A stretch of 64,000 nucleotides of DNA. Origin: Candidatus Magasanikiibacteriota bacterium. Lineage in GTDB: Bacteria; Patescibacteriota; Patescibacteriia; Magasanikbacterales; 2-02-FULL-50-9b. The notes under the pieces are model-generated. The model had not been told where the DNA came from, made no database searches, and saw only the letters and a program-made list of their open reading frames with translations. Below are positions 58,499 through 64,000 of this stretch, piece after piece; position 1 is the stretch's first letter; each line of letters starts with the position of its first letter. The stretch spans positions 3,854 to 67,853 of the forward strand of contig JAHFHU010000003.1 in the NCBI GenBank assembly GCA_023246755.1, in the 5' to 3' direction. A program made the position numbers and the translations under genes.

Positions 58499-59456
58499 TG
58501 ATGTTACACAATCGATCCGCATGCTTAAGGGCACGGAGCACGCAGCAACCCCTGATACACAGTGGTTGTCTTCGAATCGCTCGCGCTTGCTTACGCATAT
58601 TGATCGAACAACGGAAGAGATGCCGACGCGCGTGTTCACCCTCGTGCACCTGTGGTCAGCGCTTTCATTGATCATGCCGCAGCGCACTGTTTACGCAGTT
58701 GTGCGACCTGCGTTTATTTTCGTACTTTGTTTTGGGCTCGGAACTGCGGGGTGGATCACGACGGTGAGTGCGTCGCTCGAAAGTTTGCCCGGCGACGCGT
58801 TATATGGTGTGAAGCTCGCGACCGAACACACGCAGGTTGCGGTTGTTGAAGCTGTCCAAGGAAAACGCGCGTCAACAGAATTACGACTCACGTTTGTTTC
58901 GCGCCGTGTTGACGAGGTTGGAAAATTAGTCGCGGCGGGGACAGCGGATAATTCTGCAAAACAGGAACGGGTGAATCAGGCTGTTGAGAATTTGAAATCA
59001 GAAGTACGAGGCGTGAGTGATAATTTAAACGAAGTGAAAGCGTCGAATCCGATGGATGCTGTGCACGTCGCGCAAGCGATTGATCGAAAAGTTGACGTGA
59101 TTCAGCTGTCATTGATTTCCACAAATGCAACGACATCAAGCACAGAGGCGAGTGCGGTTATCGCGCAGTTGAAACAAGAAAGCGGCGCTGCTGCAACATC
59201 GACGTCTTCGATGAATGGTGGCGCGCCAAGTTCGACTCCAGCAGCAGCATCAAGCCCAAACTCAACGGCAACTTCGACAACAGCGGCAACGACATCATCA
59301 ACGAAAATTATCGCGCCGTTAACGCGTGGAGTTTTAGAAACCCCACTTGAACAGCCGATTGTTCCAAAAAAAGAATTAATTCCAGAGCGCCCAACTGAGT
59401 TGGGTCCGGATGTCGTTGATGTATCAGCGCCGATTAGTATCCAAATGCGAGACTAA
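58491..59456 (+). CDS. single-pass membrane protein following sigma factor (DUF5667-like; candidate anti-sigma/accessory)
   Basis: Start overlaps the sigma-factor stop. TM helix followed by an extracytoplasmic helical domain and an S/T/A-rich tail. Confidence 0.45.
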   Translation, partial: KFNDVTQSIRMLKGTEHAATPDTQWLSSNRSRLLTHIDRTTEEMPTRVFTLVHLWSALSLIMPQRTVYAVVRPAFIFVLCFGLGTAGWITTVSASLESLPGDALYGVKLATEHTQVAVVEAVQGKRASTELRLTFVSRRVDEVGKLVAAGTADNSAKQERVNQAVENLKSEVRGVSDNLNEVKASNPMDAVHVAQAIDRKVDVIQLSLISTNATTSSTEASAVIAQLKQESGAAATSTSSMNGGAPSSTPAAASSPNSTATSTTAATTSSTKIIAPLTRGVLETPLEQPIVPKKELIPERPTELGPDVVDVSAPISIQMRD

Positions 59457-59631
59457 TCGATTGACTACAATTGTGGAGTACAGATGTGCGAGGGGATTTG
59501 TACTTCACGAGCTGCGATTTCGCAGTAACGAGTACAAATTACCTTAAGCGTGATAAGGCAAGCAAGGTCGACCGGTAACCCCCGGTGCAATCACGAATTT
59601 ACAAGGGATTCTTAGAACGTTAATTCTTATT

Positions 59632-62600
59632 ATGAATAGTATTGTAAAAACAGCAAAACAAGCACTGTCAACAGTGGTTGTCGGCGCAACAATTCTTTGG
59701 TCAATGGGTGCTTCACTCTTGGTCGGCTCGCTCACTGCGACTGCTGCTCAGGTTGATGGCTCACTCATCAAGGCAAAGGAATTTGATTCAGTCTACTACT
59801 ACAAAGCAGGACAGCGCTGGGTATTTCCTAACCTCAAGGCTTACAAGTCTTGGTACAAGGATTTCTCAACCGTTAAAGTAATTCCACGCACAGAATTGGA
59901 ATCATATTCAATTCATCTTCCGGGTTCAAACATTGTGTATCGCGCGGGCACACGCCTTGTGAAGATCACAACTGACCCGAAAGTGTACGCAATTGAACCA
60001 GGCGGTAAACTCCGCTGGGTCAAGGACGAAGCAACCGCAAAAGCTCTCTACGGCAACGATTGGGCAAAGCGCGTTGACGATGTATCAGATGCATTCATGA
60101 CCAGCTACAATGTTGGTGCAGATTTGTCAGGTACAATGCTTCCAGACGGTTCACTCGTGAAGTCAGGTTCAAACTGGTACTACATCGATGGCGGCAAGAA
60201 GCGCATGGTAAGCGAAGCAGCATTTGCAGGTAACAACTTCAATGCAGCATACGCACTCAGCGTTTCAGACGTTTCAGCATATGCTGACGGCGCAGCCCTC
60301 GGCATGTCAGACGTTGTTGACACCGCACAAGGCGGCTCAGTTTCGTCACCAACATCAGGCCCTGTCGTTTCAGGCGCACTCGCAATCTCACTCGCATCTG
60401 ACAGCCCATCAGGCACACAGTCTGTTGTGGTTCAGAATACCAATGGTGCAAGTGGCGTGAGCGGTCAGCGCATGTCAAAGATGGTCAAGATTAACTTCAC
60501 CGCTTCAGCATCAGGCGACGCAAAAGTTACCCAGGTAACTGCAAAGCGCCTCGGTGTTTCAAAAGATGGTGATGTTGATACTCTCTTTCTTGCAGATGCA
60601 AGCGGCAAAATTCTTGCAAAGAACACCTCATTCTCTGGTGGTGTAGCAACATTTGCTGGCGCACTCTTCACTGTTCCCGCAGGTCAGACTGTTTCAGTTT
60701 GGCTCACGGAAGATGTGAATGCAAACGCTTCAGCTGGTTCAACACAGGGTTGGTCAGTTGACGCAGCAGGTGTAAAGACTGACGGCAATGGTGCAGTAAC
60801 CGGTTCAGCAATGGGTGGCTTGTTCACCGTTGCAAACGTTACTGACTTGGGTCAGCTCGAATACGCAACGTCTTCACCAACATCAGCAGCTACTGTTGAT
60901 GCAGGTAAAGTTGGTTACACACTCGGTACATTCAAGTTCCGAGCGATGAATCAGGAACTTCGTGTCACGAAAGTCAAGTTCACTCAAATTGGTACAATCG
61001 CAACAACGGATCTTCAGAATTTGAAGCTTCAGGTTGCAGGCGTTCAATATGATGCAGTTAAGCAGTTGAACTCGGACAACACGATTTGGTTTGATTTCAC
61101 CAAAGATTCAACCGGCGCTGCTAACGTAGACGGTGGTTTGAAGATTTTGGCTGGTCAGACAAAGTTTGCGGATATCGTTGGCGATATCGTCGGTGGTACC
61201 AACCGCAACTTCAAGTTCAGCGTTCAAAATCAGGAAGATGTGTCAGCATGGGACAGCAACTACAAAGTTAACGTACCAGTCGCAGATTGGGGTACGGATG
61301 CTTTCGCAGTTGAAAGCCTCGCGCAGACAAGCATCAATACGGGTACTTTGACCGTAACGGTTGCAGCAGATGCACCAAACGGCAATATTGCTCAAAATGC
61401 TTCAAGCATCACTCTTGCACGTTTCAACTTGACTGCTGCAGGTGAAGACATGAAGGTAACTTCATTGTCAGTAACGAGCACATCAAGCGACTACACCAAC
61501 ATCTTCAAGAACGTTAAGCTTATGCTTAATGGTGCACAGGTTGGTACAACCGCAACGTCATTGACAGCGGGTGTTGCAAGCGCACAGACCTTCAGCAACA
61601 ATTTTGTTGTTAAGGTTGGTAAAGTAAGCGTTCTCGAAATTGTTGCAGATCTTACTGATACAACAGTGTCAGCATCAGGTGCAGCAAACGAGACATTCTC
61701 ATTCAGCTTGGTTGCAGGTGGTTCAAATGCACAAGGTTTGATCTCATTGGCAAATGTCAGCACGGCATCTGTTTCAGGCAATACTTTGACACTCAAGTCG
61801 GGTGCTCCAACCATTGCAAAAAATAATGCCATGGTTGACGCGTCAACTGTTAACCCAACTGGTGTTATCAAGGATACTGATCTTAAGATTGCTTCATTCG
61901 TTATTACAGCTGGTGCTGGTGAAGGTGCGAAGATCAGCTCTATTGGTCTTAAAGACAACGCAGCAGCTCTTAATGGCCTCTTCACACGTCTTCGTGTGCA
62001 GAATGCAGGTGTAAATCTTGCTCCTGAAGTCGGCTCATTAAGTGGTGCAAGCTCAACATACACCTTTAACTTCACCACTCCGGTGACGTTAGCAAAGGGT
62101 CAACAGTATGTTGTTGACGTTGTTGCAGACGTTCTCTCAACAACTTCAACGGCGCAATTGACAGATAATCCAAATCCAGTCATTCAGGTTTTGGACAGCA
62201 CAATCGCATTTCAGACTCTCGATACGGCTCAAAGTGGTAACATTGCTGTTTCGGGCACGACCGGTGTCGGACAGAATGTGTTTCTTGCTTCAAAGGGCTC
62301 ACTTGTAGCAGCTGTTTCAGCAGATACCGCAGTTGCACAACAGCTCGTCATGGGCGCGGTCAATCAGCCTGTGTTCAAATTTAAACTTACCGCCGGTAAG
62401 TCAGAAGATTTGAATGTGACTGAATTGACAACTGCAGCTACCATCATGGCTTCATCAACACCAACGGGTATCATTAAAAATATTCGTTTGTATGATGGTG
62501 ATACAATGATTGGTAATCCGGTTGCGGCTCTTATCACATCAGATGCTTCAGGTACAAATGCAACATCAACTGCATATGCGAAGTTTTCAGCTTTGAATCT

Positions 62601-63393
62601 TACGATTGCAAAGAACACTTCAAAGACATATTCAGTGGTTGTAGATGTAGCATCATCTCCAGACATCTACTCTGGTGTGAATCTCACAATGCATCTTATT
62701 AACAGCTATGATACGGGCGCAAGCTCAGCCATAGTTGCAAAGGGTGGAAAGAGTGGTCAGACAATTAGTGCGTCTGGACCAACAACAGGATTCCTTCAGA
62801 CAACAGATATTAAGGGTAATGTAATGACTGTTTATAAAACAAAGGTTACCGTTGCTCATGCTGCAAATGCACCATCCGGCGCTGCATCAAAGGGTACTGA
62901 CCAAGTTGTTGCTAAGTTTGTTGTTTCAAACTCAGCTAATGTAAACAATCAGGCTGCGACAATTAGTGCGATGGATGTATCGATTTCAACATCGATTTCG
63001 TCCGCAGGAAGTCAGACACGTGTCACGAGAATTTATAAGACAGAACAGTTAGTAGCAGCAAATCAATTGGTTTCAACATCTATTGATTCGACAGCTGCTA
63101 ACAGCGCATGTCTTTTTGGAAGCTCTCGAAATGAGTCGTCTTCTGGAACGACTGGTTGCCCTCTGTTCTTTAAGAGTGCAATTGTCGGGCAGTCTCCATT
63201 CTCACCAGCGGTCACAATTGAAGCTGGTGCTGCACAGACATTCTCGATTACACAGGACACGAACGACGCGTCGGCAAATAACACACTTACTGCTGGTATT
63301 TCAGCTGGTAAGATTGTGTGGAGTGACGGCTATACATCATTAATTACTGTTGTAGATAGCTTACCACTTACCGGCAAGACACTTACCTTCTAA
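59632..63393 (+). CDS. giant (1253 aa) cell-surface protein with Ig-like/low-complexity repeats
   Basis: N-terminal signal/TM. Conserved ~110 aa domain shared with the first ORF of the window. Long Ser/Thr/Ala/Gly/Val-rich beta-repeat body. Confidence 0.55.
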   Translation: MNSIVKTAKQALSTVVVGATILWSMGASLLVGSLTATAAQVDGSLIKAKEFDSVYYYKAGQRWVFPNLKAYKSWYKDFSTVKVIPRTELESYSIHLPGSNIVYRAGTRLVKITTDPKVYAIEPGGKLRWVKDEATAKALYGNDWAKRVDDVSDAFMTSYNVGADLSGTMLPDGSLVKSGSNWYYIDGGKKRMVSEAAFAGNNFNAAYALSVSDVSAYADGAALGMSDVVDTAQGGSVSSPTSGPVVSGALAISLASDSPSGTQSVVVQNTNGASGVSGQRMSKMVKINFTASASGDAKVTQVTAKRLGVSKDGDVDTLFLADASGKILAKNTSFSGGVATFAGALFTVPAGQTVSVWLTEDVNANASAGSTQGWSVDAAGVKTDGNGAVTGSAMGGLFTVANVTDLGQLEYATSSPTSAATVDAGKVGYTLGTFKFRAMNQELRVTKVKFTQIGTIATTDLQNLKLQVAGVQYDAVKQLNSDNTIWFDFTKDSTGAANVDGGLKILAGQTKFADIVGDIVGGTNRNFKFSVQNQEDVSAWDSNYKVNVPVADWGTDAFAVESLAQTSINTGTLTVTVAADAPNGNIAQNASSITLARFNLTAAGEDMKVTSLSVTSTSSDYTNIFKNVKLMLNGAQVGTTATSLTAGVASAQTFSNNFVVKVGKVSVLEIVADLTDTTVSASGAANETFSFSLVAGGSNAQGLISLANVSTASVSGNTLTLKSGAPTIAKNNAMVDASTVNPTGVIKDTDLKIASFVITAGAGEGAKISSIGLKDNAAALNGLFTRLRVQNAGVNLAPEVGSLSGASSTYTFNFTTPVTLAKGQQYVVDVVADVLSTTSTAQLTDNPNPVIQVLDSTIAFQTLDTAQSGNIAVSGTTGVGQNVFLASKGSLVAAVSADTAVAQQLVMGAVNQPVFKFKLTAGKSEDLNVTELTTAATIMASSTPTGIIKNIRLYDGDTMIGNPVAALITSDASGTNATSTAYAKFSALNLTIAKNTSKTYSVVVDVASSPDIYSGVNLTMHLINSYDTGASSAIVAKGGKSGQTISASGPTTGFLQTTDIKGNVMTVYKTKVTVAHAANAPSGAASKGTDQVVAKFVVSNSANVNNQAATISAMDVSISTSISSAGSQTRVTRIYKTEQLVAANQLVSTSIDSTAANSACLFGSSRNESSSGTTGCPLFFKSAIVGQSPFSPAVTIEAGAAQTFSITQDTNDASANNTLTAGISAGKIVWSDGYTSLITVVDSLPLTGKTLTF

Positions 63394-63430
63394 TTCTGTT
63401 AGTTGCGTAAAACTCTTGTTTAGGAAAATA

Positions 63431-63460
63431 ACGGCCGCCCTTCGGGGCGGCCTTATTTTT
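63431..63460 (+). terminator. rho-independent terminator
   Basis: GGCCGCCC-ttcg-GGGCGGCC followed by TTATTTTT, 40 nt after the surface-protein stop. Confidence 0.6.
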
Positions 63461-64000
63461 CTTGAATGACACTTTTTTGGGCTAAATATTGACAAAATCA
63501 GTTAAAACTGCTATAATTTTTTGCTATAGCTGAAAGGCTGTGGAAGTCCTGCATGCAGGTGTATGTGGGCATGAATTTTGACAACTAAGAGATAGGGAGG
63601 TGCAAGATGAAGGTCTTTTTTTGTGCGATCGCGGCTAGCATTTTGATGACTGGGTGCATGGCACCCATGCTCGAAGAGGGTCAAAGTGGTGATGCTGATC
63701 AATCGATCGGTTCGATTGATGGCGTCATCGGTGAGGACAGTTCTGTGCGTCGTGTGGCGGAAGTCGTTGACGTTCTGGTTTTGCAAGACTCATTGGAAGT
63801 CGCAGGACCAAAGGACGATGTCGCTGCGGACACTGAACTCGATATCCAGCCAGATGTGTTGCAGGAGAACGACAAGAAAACGATCGTTGAAACCGAGACG
63901 AATGATATCGATTTTGAAATTGATGACACCATCGAGATCGTCGAGGTTGAAACTCAAGTCGATGTTCAAACGGATATCGCTGCTGATGAAATCGGAACCG

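Overview
Bacterial chromosome segment with mixed composition, roughly 38 to 65 % GC by eye. Core genes give the backbone: the infC-rpmI-rplT operon, tRNA-Asp, pyrF/pyrE, lepB, and smpB next to ssrA (tmRNA). Among them sit several apparently acquired modules, described below.

Module 1, about 18.7 to 29.8 kb, AT-rich: a Type I restriction-modification island. Gene order is a GIY-YIG/DUF4357 nuclease, hsdM, a 734-aa PrrC/RloC-like ABC-ATPase wedged between hsdM and hsdS, hsdS carrying a 3 x 12-bp ELEA tandem repeat in its conserved central region, hsdR, a TM0106-type RecB-family nuclease and an NYN-domain protein. A Fic toxin and an HD-domain gene lie just upstream.

Module 2, about 30.8 to 32.6 kb: two paralogous orphan PemK/MazF-fold toxin genes. 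Neither has a protein antitoxin. Each has its own TTGACA promoter and a conserved two-hairpin leader whose stems covary between the copies. The second toxin is fused in frame to a NUDIX hydrolase, and a GIY-YIG gene lies between the two.

Module 3, about 36.2 to 38.1 kb: a GC-rich radical-SAM/SPASM-like gene and a RusA-like resolvase sit downstream of the tmRNA 3' end, a classic integration site.

Module 4, about 43.0 to 51.1 kb, very GC-rich: secreted lipoproteins with Myxococcus-type Cys-rich repeats and MopE-like CxxxDxDCDGxxDEG repeats.

Module 5, about 51.2 to 57.2 kb: an O-antigen-ligase-like gene, three GT4 glycosyltransferases and a glycoside hydrolase.

Module 6, about 57.9 to 63.4 kb: an ECF sigma factor, a DUF5667-like membrane protein and a 1253-aa surface protein. 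A ~110-aa domain of that protein also occurs in the first, partial ORF of the window.

A 54-bp motif carrying two ATGTTTAACAT palindromes is present at two distant loci. No CRISPR array and no integrase or transposase were seen. Coordinates derived by hand, rather than taken from the ORF track, may be off by 1 to 2 nt.
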